A DNA stretch of 64,000 bases from Carcharhinus amblyrhynchos (taxonomy: Eukaryota). Below, in pieces: positions 11,725 through 25,522 of this stretch. The notes below the pieces were generated by a model that had not been told where the DNA came from, made no database searches, and worked only from the letters and a program-made list of their open reading frames with translations. A program made the translations under genes and the position numbers. The DNA is taken from NCBI GenBank assembly GCA_965287045.1, contig OZ336884.1:54746001-54810000 (forward strand). Direction: 5' to 3'. Each line of letters begins with the position of its first letter. Position 1 is the first letter of the stretch.

Positions 11725-13066
11725 GTAAGAATTCTAGGGGTCAGATCTGCATCAAAAGTATTATTCATACTGCATCATGTTACAAAATGTTCCTGTCATG
11801 CGGCAGTGTGTAATTCCATATTTGTGAAAATACTTTTCAATGCTTCTCTGTTTCTGAACTATGAAAGCAGAAATTAAAACAGTTTTGTCTCAGTTTTATC
11901 TTTCTCGGTTTTATACTGTGACATTCCTTCCCAGATTTATTTTTTAAAAATCTTCATTATCTAGATAAAAATACAAATTGCAGATCTTGTCAGCAGAAGC
12001 GAATGTCTAAACTCAGTGTGGATTGGTTCGGAAATTGCAGCAAATTTACAAGTCCAGGGCATGGATGATTAAACTTAATAATTTGAGTAATTAGAAATAT
12101 GAGCCCATATGGAAAAGTCAAATGGCAGATAATTGTACCACAAGATTATAAAACCAAAACTATTTTTATCTATTAGAAGATGATGGGGACTGTGTGCTTG
12201 AAAATAAAATGATACTATTTCAAGAGATCTATTAGACTCTAGAACAACCAAGGGGATATGAAAATTGGGCTGGAATGTGGAATTAGGGTCAGAGATCAGC
12301 TATGATCATACTGATAGACGAAGCAGATTTCACCTATTACTGTTTGTATTGTCAATACTCCTCAGCTTTTAAAACATCGATCAGCATTAATCTATTGGTA
12401 TGCTATATTTTAATGACCATTTGTGTATGATCATACAAAATAAAAGATGGTTTTTGGATGGCTAAATATTGAGAGAAAAATTCTAAATATAGCTTCCCCA
12501 ATCTCTTGCCATAATCCAAGAGAAGGGATATAAACATCTGTTTGTGTTATCTCACCGATGTTTACTATGATCTTTGGCCAAAGTTGCAAAACTTTTTCCA
12601 ATCTCTTGCTGTAAGTTCTGGGTGTGTGCCACTCCAGTCTGGTTCACTTTCACCCCAGTGTACTACTGCTCTTTCTCCTTTACTCAGTAATTACAGCACA
12701 TTTTCTATGAAATATATTAAATAAAATTGTCATAAATATCTAATACTTGTTAAAATCTATAGACTAAAAATAATACATCTGGATGAACACTTACAGCTGT
12801 AGTCCTCCTGGTTACTATTTTTAAGCAGTTATTAACGTATTGTATGTGAGCTAACATTGCTGTTAAAATAACAACAAAATAATGTTGTTCAAATGTGTTA
12901 AGCAATTATTCTGCAAAATTGTCTACAGTAAATCTAGATTTATTTGTGATAACACTGACATTGATCATGTTAATATCAGTTGCCGCTAAATTATTAGCAC
13001 ATTTTGATTTTGCTGCAGGCAAGTTGCTGCAGGTTCTAATTTTGTGTATTTTTGTCCCTCCCTAAG

Positions 13067-13554
13067 TTTCAGTTCCCTGCCGAAGCCTAGGCAAAAAGAG
13101 ACTGTCCAGGAACAGATTCACTATTGATGCAGATGATCTATTTGGACGTAGTCAAAGTAATGATTCTTCACAGTCACCAGTGACCTGTAATGATACTGAT
13201 CGTTGGGTGGAGGAGCAATTTGATCTTGGTAAGTATGAAGAGCAGGAAGATGTCAAAGAGACTGATATTCTAAGTGATGATGATGAATATTGCCAGTCAG
13301 TGAAAAGTTCAACATTGTCAAAAGAATTACAAGAGCAGCTAAAAGCAATGAGCTTTACAAAAGATGGACTTTGTGAGAATGGAAAATTATCCATGCTCCA
13401 AACACCAGAAATATCACCAGCAAAAATGGCATTTGCTACAAAGCAAAAAGTTGCAGCAGGAGCTAATGGTGTAGTGGAAAATAATGCAGCAGAGGTGATC
13501 TGGGTAAAACGTGAAGACTTCATTTCAACTGAAAAAGAAAATAATGAAATCTAA
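13067..13554 (+). CDS. TIAM1: TIAM1 terminal coding exon
   Basis: cctaag|TT. Encodes VSVPCRSLGKKRLSRNRFTIDAD..DTDRWVEEQFDLGKYEEQEDVKETDILSDDDEYC..EVIWVKREDF..NNEI, then TAA. Confidence 0.96.
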
Positions 13555-15000
13555 AATGCAGACCTGTTTCTGCAGATATGTCTGCTGAGCACATTCAGTG
13601 CTAGCTCTTCATGACCTGTTACGTACTATAGGGATGATTCCACTGAATTGGAGGCAGCTGGAACAATTCAGAAGCCATGCTCTCTTGTTAAGCTCAATTA
13701 AGAATTGTTATGATTGAACATTCAAAAGTCTGAACAATCTTGCGACTTCACTCTACACTCCTGTAATGTACTGTCCAAAGGGCTTTAATGTATATTTATT
13801 GTTGCAGTGTAAAAATATAATTTCATTTTTGGTTCATTTTTAGGCAATTCACTGAACAAGCAAAACTATTGTATCTGTTACAAACTAACTTTGTACTTTT
13901 TACAGAACATACTGAAATCAGTTGTACAAACTGGAGTCCATCTATAATTGTTGAAAGAATATCCTTTTAGTGCAGAACACAGCAAAAATGATTACAAACA
14001 GTAACCATACAACTATGACAGTGATGTAAATCAGGTGTTTATATGAACAAAAACTGCAAGCCTTGAATAAGTAACTTTTTCAACCTACTTTAGGATTCAT
14101 TATGCTACCAACAAGTCTGATGGTACTTATATTATTGCCATATTCATATTTGTACATATTTCCAGGCTTTAATGCGCACATCAGAAGTTGCCTAATATAT
14201 TTCTTTTGTAAGCTGAAAAAAAATTCTATTTTTATGTTTTTAGGTTCATTGACTTTAAGAATTGTAAATGCTCTTCAAACATAATAAAACATGTGAAATT
14301 AGGAATCCTCTTGCGAATATGTGTGTTTACTTAAGTTAGTTTTCAGATGAGACAGGTGCTAGAAGTATTCGCAAAGTTGTTGACTGTGGTTGTACTCTTG
14401 AAAATATAATGGTGCCTTCCCACAATTAACGTAAATGTCCCAAAGAGGTAGTTCATCATGTCGTTCATTCTCTTATGGCATTCAAAACAGGATTTTCTGT
14501 TTCAGCAGAAACCCAGTATAAATTCAACCTGTCTGACATATTGCTGACCCCACCATACAAACATGCACAGCCACCTGAAAATTCTCATGGAAAAAAGAAA
14601 CTAAATGGGTTGTCTGCTTAAAGAAATCACCTAAGCACTTGGGGGAAAAAAATACAGAGAACATTGAAACCCACAAATGCAAGGGGAAAACCTGAAGTGC
14701 CAGTCTGATCAGTTGCTTCCAGCAAAAAATAAGTGGCAATTAAAATGTATTATTTTCTGTTTGTAAATATTTAAATATCATAAACAGAAGATTTAATTTG
14801 GTGCAGCGAGAAAGAATGAAATGGCAGGGTATATATCAGTGCCTGTGCTAACTCGTATTGACTGCATCAGTGATTTGTCATTTCAACTGTGTTGTTGTGT
14901 AATATAAATGCCCTTTGATGCACTTTCATGACTTTCTACCTATCGGCATAATGGATATCTGCCAAGGATTAAATCTGAACAGCCTTTTTAAACAAATAAA
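13555..15000 (+). other. TIAM1: Probable TIAM1 3' UTR with candidate polyA signals
   Basis: TE-free, AT-rich stretch after the stop. AATAAA at 14283-14288 and 14995-15000; Pumilio-type TGTACATA at 14151 and TGTAAATA at 14762. The true 3' end cannot be determined from sequence alone. Confidence 0.55.
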
Positions 15001-15532
15001 CAAGAGTAAGGAAGTGTCCTCGAGCAATGTGCATATGTCAAAAGGAAAAATACTTCCACTGATCCAAATGTCGTTTGATTAATTGATTTCCAGTGAAGCT
15101 TCTCTCTGAAAAATGATATATTTTTAATACTTTGAGGACCAAGGAGATGAGTATGCTTCAAAGCCCCCAAAGATTTAGGTGATAAATGTATCAGTGTTTC
15201 TCTTGCATGCGAGTAAAGTCCATTAGGGGCTGAGAGTTGCAGCAAAATGCCTTTATTACAGATTCAAATGGAAGATTTTGACATCTGTGGCCATCGGCGA
15301 TTGATTACCTGGTCATAATCATTACCAAAACTGAGACAGAAACTGTTGCATTGAAATGTGTGTTTCTTCCCCAAATACTTGCTTCAATTCAGAACCATCT
15401 TCTCTATTTCCACCCCCAAATGTTTTTTTGTTAAGGCAATTGTTAAGCTCATTTTGTTCAGACCATTAAAAAAGGTAACTGTTGTTCCCACTACTTTATG
15501 CATTCAGAAATGATAAGAATATTATTTACCAG

Positions 15533-16097
15533 AGCACAGAAATAGAAAAATGGCAGATAGAAGAGGAGGCCATTTGGCCCTTCGAGCCTGCTCCGTCATT
15601 CATCACGATCATAACTGATTGTCCAACTCAATAGCCTAATCCTGCTTTCTCCCCATAACCTTTGATCCCTTTCACCCTAAGTGCTATATCTAGCTGCCTC
15701 TTGAATACATTCAATGATTTGGCATCAACTACTTCCTGTGGTAATGAATTCCGCAAGCTCACCACTTTTTGAATGAAGAAATGTCTCCTTGCTTCTGTCT
15801 TAAATGGTCTGCCTTGCGTCCTCAGATTGACCCCTGGTTCTGGACTCCCACCATCAGGAACATCCTTCCTGCATCTACCCTGTCTAGTCCTGTTAGAATT
15901 TATAAGACTCTGAGATCCCTCCTGTCATTCATCTGAACTCCAACAAAAATAACCCTAACCTAGTCAATCTCTCTTCATCTATCAGTCTTGCCATCCCTGG
16001 AATCAGCCTGGAAAACCTTCGCTGACTCCTTCGAGAGCAAGAATATCCTTACTCAGAAAAGAAGACCAAAACTGCACACAATACTCTTTAGGTGTAA
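15533..16097 (-). mobile_element. CR1 LINE 3' fragment
   Basis: Antisense GGCCATTTGGCCCTTCGAGCCTGCTCCG tail and AGACCAAAACTGCACACAATACTC (EYCVQFWS motif on the - strand). Confidence 0.85.
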
Positions 16098-16520
16098 GCC
16101 ATAGCTCAGTGATTGCACTCCAAATTGAACTGGAAGGTTTAAATACAAACCCCACCCAAGACACTTGAGCAAAAAATCTAGACTGCCAATTATTATAGTA
16201 CTGAGGAAACGTACACTGTCAGAGGTGTCTTCTTTCAGATGAAACCAAGCCAAAGTCTCCTTTCAGGTGGACTGTTCTATAGTACTACTTTGAAGAACAG
16301 CAGCAGATATTGATATTTCTGGCCAACATTTGTCCCTCAACTCTCATCACAAAACAAATGATTTGGTTCTAACCTTATTGCTAAATGTGAGACCTTGCTG
16401 TGCACAAATTGGCTGTCCTGTTTCCTACATTACACCAGTGGCTACATTCCAAATATTGGCTGTAAAATGATTTAAGGCATCCTGAGATCTTGAAGGGTAC
16501 TAGTTAAATGCAAGTCTTTC
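16098..16520 (+). mobile_element. Deu-domain SINE (SacSINE1/AmnSINE1-like)
   Basis: tRNA-like head (TAGCTCAGTG..GGTTTAAATAC), Deu core CTTGCTGTGCACAAATTGGCTG..GTTTCCTACATTACA, tail TAAATGCAAGTCTTTC. Confidence 0.8.
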
Positions 16521-17379
16521 CTAAATGAAAATCAGCAGTGATAGTCACTGGGACCTTAATCAGGCACTCCAGCCAGGGCATTTAATGGCAGCCAGAAAAC
16601 AGGGATATAGAACAGCATTCTCTTGTCGCATGTGCCCCAAGACAGGAAATTGCTGCCCAAGCTCCATGGCATTTTCTATCTTGCCATCTACTGCCTATTC
16701 CCACAGTGGATAAGATGAGGAGAATTTTGGCAATAGCTCCTGAAGATTGTTTATCAACAGCTGCAGCCTGACCTGCAAAATATACATTTCACCTGGCTGT
16801 GCTCCCTGGAGACAACCTGATGGGTGCTCCCTCTCCCTTATTCCTGAATTTGGATTTGTTTGAATGGCTTAAGTTATTTTTATTCACCAAACTTCAAAAT
16901 ATGCAGTCAGCGCTCTTTTTTGTTTCTTAGTCAAGCGATATTAAACAGACCAGTTGGCACTTAATTGTATTTCCCTTTTCATCTGACCACAAAAAGTGAT
17001 GTCACTTCAGTAATCTCAAAACATGTAAACTTTTTTTTGTAAAAGAAAGCTGCAAAGAGAGAATCTCTCCTTGCGACATCACTTGTGTGGTCTGACAGGG
17101 TGTTCGTGCAGGGCTGCATCGTGAAGGCGGCCTTGCTGGGGGTCAAGTTGGCGGTCCTGATTGGGGGAGGAGAAAAACATGTTAGGGGTCGGGCCAAGGA
17201 CCCATTGGGATGATCCCAATGCTGATGACTGTGTCGGGGAGGGGGGGTCTCCATGTCCGAAGGGTGGAGAAGCCTCCCAGTGCACTGAGATGGGTGCACT
17301 CTTGAGAAACAGTGCCCAAGTGCTCAGAAGTCAGGTTTACTGATGTGCTGTAACCTGGCTATCAGAAAGGGAATTTATT

Positions 17380-17712
17380 CATAAAATCATAGAATAGAAT
17401 TCCTACAGTGCAGGAAGAAGCAATTCAGGCCATCAAATCTGCACAGACCACAATTCCACCCACACTCTATTCCTATAACCCCACATATTTATCCTGTTAG
17501 TCTCCTGACACTAAGATCAATTTACCATGGCCAATCAACCTAATCAGCACATCTTTGGACTGTGGGAGGAAACTGGAGCAGCTGGAGGAAACGCACACAC
17601 AAACGGGGAGAATGTGCAAACTCCACGCAGACAGTGACTCGAGGCCGAAATTGAAGCCAGGCCCCTGGCGCTGTGAGGCAGCAGTGCTAGCCACTGTGCC
17701 AGCGTTCTGCCC
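17380..17712 (-). mobile_element. HE1-type V-SINE
   Basis: Antisense V-domain CATCTTTGGACTGTGGGAGGAAAC..GAATGTGCAAACTCCAC, with tRNA head and CR1-like tail. Confidence 0.9.
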
Positions 17713-19048
17713 ATTTTGGAATGTCATGCTGGGGACAGACTTTACTTGAGCTGGTATTTCTTGGCGTACCCCATTAGTTGTTAGTGCATGCTTAGGTTTT
17801 GAAAAGGATATTGCCCTCATACCTGCTGGAAGTGTGAGCTTATAACAGCACAGTGAGAATAAGAGAGTATCCAGACACACAGACATCAATGACATGGAAG
17901 GATTGAAAAATAAGCAGACGAATGTCTGAGAAGGATGGTAGATTGGACTGTCTCATCTGAGGGTAAATACAATAAGAAAGGGAAAAAGATTGGATAATAG
18001 GGGAAAAAAGAAGGAATCAAAAAAATATAAAATTTGACAGTTAAAACTGCTGACCTCTGACCTGTACTGGATGAGAAATTTGTAATTTTTTAACGTGTGT
18101 GAGATATGAAATTGTTCTTTAAAATGTTGGGAATGGCCTAGAGTTTGCATAAGTTGTAAAGAGATCAATCGTAATTTTCTTGGATAGCAAGAAATACTAG
18201 TCTTTGTGACCTGGTGACCATTGACCTGGAGGTAATAACAATGGGAAAGAAGTTAAGGCAGCAGCCCTAATGGTAGGCAGATAAAGGGGAACTGGAGAAT
18301 TAAACCATTTGGCATACATGCAGACATAGAGAAAGCAGAAAGAAACAAAGAGAAGTGCAGACAATTCTTGAGGAAAAGAAGCAAATAACTCTCGGGAAGA
18401 GGTCAGTTCTTCTGTTTGGCAGAAAAGCAAACTGGAACTCCTGGAGGTAATGAGTAAGATGGCTAAAAAGGTCTACAACGTTGAATGCAGTGTGAATAGT
18501 TCAAAGATGGTAAAATGATGTGCAGTTTCCCAGAAGTGTGTCTGATGATAATCATAATCATGATAATAGGGCCAAAATTGTTGTTTGATACATCCCCTGA
18601 TTTACCCTGCATGAATAAAGGACTGCATGTTATTGAATTGCAGGCACATAGTGCCACGCTTATGTGAGCAGTGATACAGGTGCTTGGGATCTTGTAAGAT
18701 GAATCATTGTATTTACAATTTAAAGCGAAATTTACCATTTTATTTGAAATATTATTCACCTGTTAATTCATGTTTAAATTATAGGTTAACTGTTACGAAA
18801 TAAAAATCTTGTTGGTAATTTCTTCAATTGGTTATTGTTATTTGGTTATTTTGGAGAGTTGCAGTTCACTGGGAATTTCTTCCTTACTACATATCACTCC
18901 AATGAGTGTGTGTTCACTAACAAACTTTACTAAAGCAAAATTTCGCCCATAGTATATAGTCAATGATATTAATGAGATGTGTAATCTGGTTTATTGTGCT
19001 TTGATTTTTAGGTTCATTCACTCTTCTAGCAGCGTAACCTTTGAGATC

Positions 19049-19066
19049 TGCCAGCAGATGGCACCC
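19049..19066 (+). promoter_or_regulatory. Candidate CTCF site
   Basis: TGCCAGCAGATGGCACCC matches the core consensus CCASYAGRKGGCRS and lies in non-repetitive sequence. Confidence 0.5.
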
Positions 19067-19564
19067 TCTACATTGTTCTTTGTTAAAAACATAAGGCTAT
19101 CTTTGTCACTCTTTACAAATATGATGTTAATAGTCCTCATTTTGTGGAATTTGAGGAACACAAATCAAGAGGAAGAGCACACATCATTTTGCTTTGAATT
19201 CTGAGTGCAATTCCGATTTATTGAGGAAAACTAATTTCAGTGAATTGAGGGAGAGTGGGAGGGGGGGGTTCTGGTCCAGGTGGGCTGGAATCACAGTTTG
19301 GCAGGGAAACAATATATGAGCAATGAGGACTCTTCACAGAGGATATTATTCAACTGCAGGCTGGACATATTCTCCCAAGAGGGGGTTAGGAATAACATCC
19401 AAAGTTAGCGCTCCCTGGATGATGGAAGAGGTCGAGATTAAAATCAAAAAGGAACACTTTTGATGTATAACACAGCAGAGAACCAAGAACTCTAATCAAG
19501 CTGTGCCAATACAGCTGCAACACTGGATGTATCTGACAAAGTGGAAAATTGCTCAAATGGTTCC

Positions 19565-20045
19565 ATTTCACAAAAAGTAGGACAAATCGAAGGCAGCCAA
19601 TTACTGTCCCATCATCCTACTCTCAATCATCAGCTAAGTGATGAAAGATGTTGTCAAGAGTGCAATCAAGCAGCACTTGCACAGCAATAACCTGCTCACC
19701 AGTATACAGTTTTGGTCCCGCAAGGGCCACTCAGCTCCAGCTCTCATTACAGACTTGGTCCAGCTAATTCTGAGCTGAATAATTCTGGAAGTGAGAAAAA
19801 AGTGACTGCCCTTTCACAACAAGGCAGCATTTGACCATGGCATTCTTGACCTTAGTAAAGCTGCAGTCAATTGGAAACATGGGGAAATCTCTCCCCTGGT
19901 TGGAGTCACACCTAGCAGAAAGGAAGATGGATGTAGGAGGTCGATTGTTCTCAGCCCCAGGTTGCAACTTCAGGAATTCCTCAGGGCAGTATGTTCAGCC
20001 CAACTATATTCAGATGCTTCATTAATGATCTTACATCATAAAATC
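19565..20045 (+). mobile_element. CR1/L2-group LINE RT fragment
   Basis: GCCAATTACTGTCCCATCATCCTACTCTCAATCATCAG encodes ANYxPIxLLSII; later AAFD and WLESHL motifs. Confidence 0.75.
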
Positions 20046-20057
20046 AGAAGTGGGGTT

Positions 20058-20187
20058 CCAAAAGCAAAATACTGCAGATATCGTAAATCTGAAGTAAAAA
20101 TGAAAAATGCTGGAAATACTCAGCAGACCTGGCAACATCTGTAAGAGAGAAAGAGTTCATGTTTCAAATCTGTGACTTTTCATCATT
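20058..20187. mobile_element. Penelope-like short remnant (second family)
   Basis: AAAATGCTGGAAATACTCAGCAG..CATCTG. The - strand carries a decayed TGATGA..GAAA hammerhead-like core. Relatives lie at ~41907-42040 and ~61795-61872. Confidence 0.6.
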
Positions 20188-20984
20188 TATAATTTTCCTA
20201 CAGGTTTCAAATGGCAGTGGGAAGAAATGGTGAGTCCTTACTGACATCTGGAGGCAAGGGCCATGTTGCACCAGTAAGTTCAGCCCATAGGGCTGATTCT
20301 TTTTGATCTCACTGAGGTCGAAACCAGGAACATTCAAAAATAATGTCAGCCTTCCAATTTCCTGATCCCAGTTATTTCTCCTGAGGCAGAGTTGGGGTCA
20401 GCACAGTGATCCATCCCCCTGAGGCAGGTAACCAATTAGGCTAATGAAATCCCTCTTGACAATAGTTAAGGGATGTTGGCTGGGAATTTCCAATTGGGGT
20501 GTTTCCAATTTTCCAATACATTGAGTGCCGTTTAACTACCTGGGGTGGTACCCTGTAGTAGATGAGAGCAGGGAGGGTGCTCCAGGCCTTCCCTACCTGT
20601 TTGGATAGTGGGTACAGCTGAAGGCCAGCCCCTTGAGAGATCCCCCACCCCCCATCCCAACCTCAGTCCATGCTGACCTGGCTGCTTTTTCCATTTGTCC
20701 TAAAGTTGATGAGAAGGGCGCATCTGTTTGAAATGCCATCTCTGTTACTTACTCTTCACTGCAGCCTTCCAAATCTCTCCAGCCGGAAGGCCTCTGAACT
20801 CCAGCTTGGAGAACTTGTCTGGCTCTCCAGATTTGAGGGACCCACCTGCCAAACTTAATTCGACTGCAAACCTGTCTCCATGTCAATTAAGGGAGTATCT
20901 CTGAATGAACTTTTCCTCCAGGACTGGGGCTTGGAAAGTGCTCTGACTGCTATCTCCCATCCCTGGAGGGAAAATTCTGTCCTT

Positions 20985-21532
20985 ACATAAAAAAGCAAGA
21001 TATGAAAGTCATAATGTATAAAACCTTGGTTCGGCCCCAGTTGTGACCAATTCTGAGCACTGCAATTTTAGAAGGACTTTGAGGCCTTAGAAAGGATGGA
21101 GGCAGAATTTACTCGAAAGGTAAGGAGGGATTCTGAACTTCAGATTGTGGAGAGACTGAGATTGTTCTTCTTATCGTGTAGAAAGTTAGGGGAAAGATTT
21201 AATGGAGATGTTCAAAATCTTGAACATTTTGAAGCAACCCCCTGCTTCCAGTGGCAGAAGAGTTGGAAACGAGAGGACACAGATTTAAGGTAATTGGTAA
21301 AATAACCCAAGGGAAGGCCAGCAAGGTTTTTTAAAAATGCACCAAGTTGTTAAGATTTGCAATGCTCAACCTAATAGAACAATGGAAGCAGATTCAATAA
21401 TAAATCTCTAATGGGAATTGGGTAAAAATCTGAGGGAAGAAGAATAGGCATGGCTGGAGTGAAAGGGTAGTGGAATGAAACCAATTGGGCACGGGTACAT
21501 TGGACTGCGTTGTATCATTCCCTGATTCTATG
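20985..21532 (+). mobile_element. Old CR1 LINE 3' fragment
   Basis: TATAAAACCTTGGTTCGGCCCCAGTTG encodes YKTLVRPQL; degenerate tail GATTCTATG. Confidence 0.75.
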
Positions 21533-22699
21533 GCTAACATCAATGAAAGGAAAACAGGCAATTGGTTCCCTTAAACCTGATCATGGATCATTGTTCTAGT
21601 CAACCTGCCCCCTTTTCCCTGGCTTTGCACTTGATTATAAGCTCTTCATCACTAACATTTTCTAGTTATAATGAAAGGTGGTCAACCTGAACTGTGGGGT
21701 AATACTTAACATAGGCAACAGGAATCTTGCCTGCCAGCTGGAGTGCTGACGAAAGATCCACTTCGCCTATTGTTGGCAACAACTGCCATATGAAGTGCGC
21801 CTCAGGCATTTAACTGGACAGAGGTGGGCCTTCCTCAGCATCAAGGACCAATCAGAGGCCAGCAGCTGAACACTGCTGAGCAGCACCGCCAAGGAAGTTG
21901 TGGCTGCTGCTGGTAATTCTTCCACTTAATGCCTAGAATCCCCTGTTGATACAGGACACACATGAGTGGGTGGGGAGGAGTGGGGAGTGGGGGCGGGGGG
22001 AGGTTGGAGAGGGGGGAAGGGAGGAGAGGTGGGAGGTGGGAGGGGGTTTGTCAGCAGCAAGGGCTGGGGTGTGGCTTTTAATAAAGGCTACTTACTTACT
22101 TACGCTGGGTCCTTCAATCAGAGATTGAGTACTACTGAACAAGGAAGGTGCCAATCACCCCATCCCCTCCAATACCCTGGGAGTCCTCAAGCAAACCAGA
22201 CTGTTCTTTGGGCTCCCTACAATGTGAATACCCTACCCCCTGCTGAATGAATACGAGCGAGTGGTGGTGGAGTGAGGCCCTTAAGCATGCATTAATTAAT
22301 GAGGAATATTTTCCTCCATAGCCACGTGCAACATCTCTTCCATTTATTCCACATTAAAATCCTCTTCTACTCTTGAATCCTGAGAGATCCCTTGACAATG
22401 CTTCCAAACATAACAGCCATCCTGCCTGATGTTCTCATCAGCTTCAACCCTATAGCAGATGCTCCCATATCCTCAAACTTACAAGGCAGGTTAAATTGAG
22501 GCTTTTAAGAGGGAATTAGATAGAAGGAAAAATTGTGCAGGGCTACTGCTTTAAGGTGATTTTCTCCTTCAGTGAGCCAGCAGGAACACAATGGAATGAA
22601 TGACCCCGTTCTGTTTTGTTGCCAATCTATGATTCCATTTCCCTGTGCTGCCATCTATAGATCCTGGCTAAACGCACGTAGACCGAATCTCAAGGTGAT

Positions 22700-24015
22700 T
22701 TTCAAACTGAAAAATCCATGTTAATTGTAGAATCAAGGTTAATACCATGAACAAGGTGGATCACTAACATATTTCTTTCATTGATCCCACTGTTGTGATT
22801 TTGACCATGTGAGCTGAAGTAGTCTTATTTAAGCTGCTGTAGAAAATTGGCTGTCTTCCAAAGCTGTTTGATCTCTTTTTTCCATGACAACATGATGGAT
22901 AAGCTATGATGAAGCAACATTGGAACCCTTTGAGATGTGCAGTGGGGTTAAATAGGGTTGTGTCTGACATTGACTTTTTTTGGTATATTTTTCTCTTCAT
23001 CATGTGCCTTCAGGTCACCTTCTAAGGGTATGAACTTAGTTGGCAGAACTGATGGAAATCTGTGTAGCCTTGCTCCTCCTGATAAAAGTGAATTAGGTCC
23101 TCATCAGAGAGCTGCTCTATGCTGAACCAACATTCCATATTAGGAAGACCTTTAGTGGCAAGTGAACAGACTCTCTCACACGCATAGAAAATTTAGTTTG
23201 ACAACGAGCATCAGGAAGACAATTGCCATGACGCAGGATATTTCAATAGCACTGACCATATGATGCTGGAGGTTGTTGATAGCTTCACATGTCTAGACCA
23301 TGCAATCACCAGCAATATTTCATCTGAAATCAACACACATCACAAATGCTGCAGCTGTTATGCTCAAACTGAGAAGAACAGCAATCAGACTGAGAGCACC
23401 AGACTGAGCCTATCAAACCTGCATTCTCAGTGTATTCCTCTACAGTAGTGAGGCCTGGACAACATCTGCTAGGTGGGGGAAAAAAAGGCTGAATAGTTTT
23501 CACCTTCAGTGTCTCAAATGAATCCTTAGCTTTGGCAGGACAAGATCACCAATCCTGGAGCATGAGAGTTCCATTAGCACACACTCGTTGCTAAGCCAAT
23601 GACAGCTGCACTGATTTAATCACCTTCATCGGATGAATGACAGTGATACACTCAAAACCCACTGGGTTACGGCCTTCTGGGTTTCCCTACCTTTATTATA
23701 AGGACATCTACAAATGAGAAATAAAGATGGTGGATAGTGACATGGAGAACTGAGAAACATTCACCAATGGCCATGAGCATTGGAAGTCAACTGCTTGGAG
23801 GGGCACCGATAGAGGCAAGCAGCTCAGCTGCCAAGGAAAGCACGCAGAGAAAACAAAAGGCAGCAAACGATGCACCTTCTCAACCCACTGGCTTTCTCTG
23901 CAGCAAAAGCGACAGAGACTGCAATACCAATGTGGTTCTCCTGAGTCACAATGCTTAATATAGAGTTGATCACCATAGCACGCACCAGTATCTTAAGAGA
24001 TGGAAGGCTGCCAAT
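22700..24015 (+). mobile_element. RTE (BovB-like) LINE 3' portion, decayed
   Basis: KIGCLPKL, FHDNM, SGVK*GCV, IRELLYA and EVVDSFTCL motifs; 3' end GAGATGGAAGGCTGCCAA. Confidence 0.8.
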
Positions 24016-25131
24016 GAAAACTTCCTGTAAAATTTTTATGCAACATTTCACTGTCACATTTAATCATGGTCAGAAGTTGCTTTATGCTGTGTATTCAACC
24101 CACTTACTTAGTCACTCTTCCTGCAGGATTGAATCATAGCTCTGGCCCTGCCAACCCTCATTTCATCTCACAACAGCTGGACACATCCAGGGAAGTTAGT
24201 CAAAGTAAGTGAAAACTATTTCAGAGTTCAGCATTAGTTATTAATGTAAGAACAGTTATACCTTTTGAACAATGGTCCTAACAATTAGAGTAATTACACT
24301 CTACAACTCCTGAATTATCTTTCTCTCACTAAACATCAATGATTTTAACTGGCACTTTTCAGCTCCCTCTCTTGTCTATCATTTGAACTGTAATTTGTCT
24401 GACTAATTGTTCCAATAAGCAACTATAATGACACCTTCCACCTCAACTGACTTGTACTAAAATGCTATTTTATATGCTTTATTGTTCCTGCCTATTTAAG
24501 ACAATGCATCTTCTGGCTTACTGTGCTACAGGATGTGCACAGTGTTGTCTAATCTAATGTATGGTCAATAGCCAGTGAACTGATCGCTCCCTTTACTACT
24601 ACGCTCAGGTATTCATCTTCAGGAAGTGCTATATTGATCCAAAGATAATTAAAGTTAACTGCTATTGGTGAGGGAAGTTTGTGGATATCAATGTTTCTAA
24701 TACACTGTGAAATGATTTGAGATATCCTGATAGCAGGAAAGGTGCAAGTTTCTGCTTCCCTATACATTTTCTGTACTTCTGACCGTGATGGTTCTTAAAA
24801 TCTTCATGGTTGTTATAGGTTTGAACTGTGAGACTGAAACAAACAAATATTTGATCCCTATGTTGGTACTTCCTCCATATTAAAAATTTGATGCTCATTG
24901 CTTATGACAAAATTTCCAATTTGTCTGCCTCAGTTTGTACTGTACCTAGTTCAATAAATTGTACATTCTTATTACAATGTTACTGTTGGTCCTGATGTCA
25001 CTAGGAAAAGAAGATTTACATTTGTATAGAATATTCCATGATCTTAGGACATCCCTAAGCACTTTACAGCCAAAGAAATACTTTTATAATTTTATAATGA
25101 AGTCACTATTATAATTTAGGGAAAAACATAA

Positions 25132-25370
25132 TGTGGTATCTTGCAAAGATGGACAGTGCCAAATAGATTAGCGAATCAACGGCAAATCAATGGTTTGTTA
25201 AGGTAAGAACTACGTATAGTGATATGAAGGTTACTGTACTCACAACTCCAGACTACCTAACCGCAAGGAGAAACCATACTCAGCTCCAGGATTTGCGCAC
25301 TCTGGCCTGATTGGCTGAATGGGTCAAATGACCCTCAAGAACGTGCCCTTTAAAAGGGCATGCTACCATA
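25132..25370. mobile_element. Possible solo LTR or short element
   Basis: TGTGGTATC ... ATGCTACCATA imperfect terminal inverted ends interrupt the Deu-SINE. No clear TSD. Confidence 0.35.
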
Positions 25371-25522
25371 CTTGGCATGCAATTGCACATAATGAGGTCT
25401 ATCAAGACATTCAGAAAATGATTGGGTAATCTGTTGTGGTTACTGACTTCAGATTAGTTGAGGGATAGTTATCAGCATCACTAGGCTATGTCTTCAGCCC
25501 GTTACTATACTCCTTATACACT

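Noticed and set aside
2743-13554. TIAM2 rather than TIAM1
   Set aside because: RDKHRRQLLKTESLP, DRWVEEQFDL and the EVIWVxREDF..EI tail match TIAM1 as remembered.
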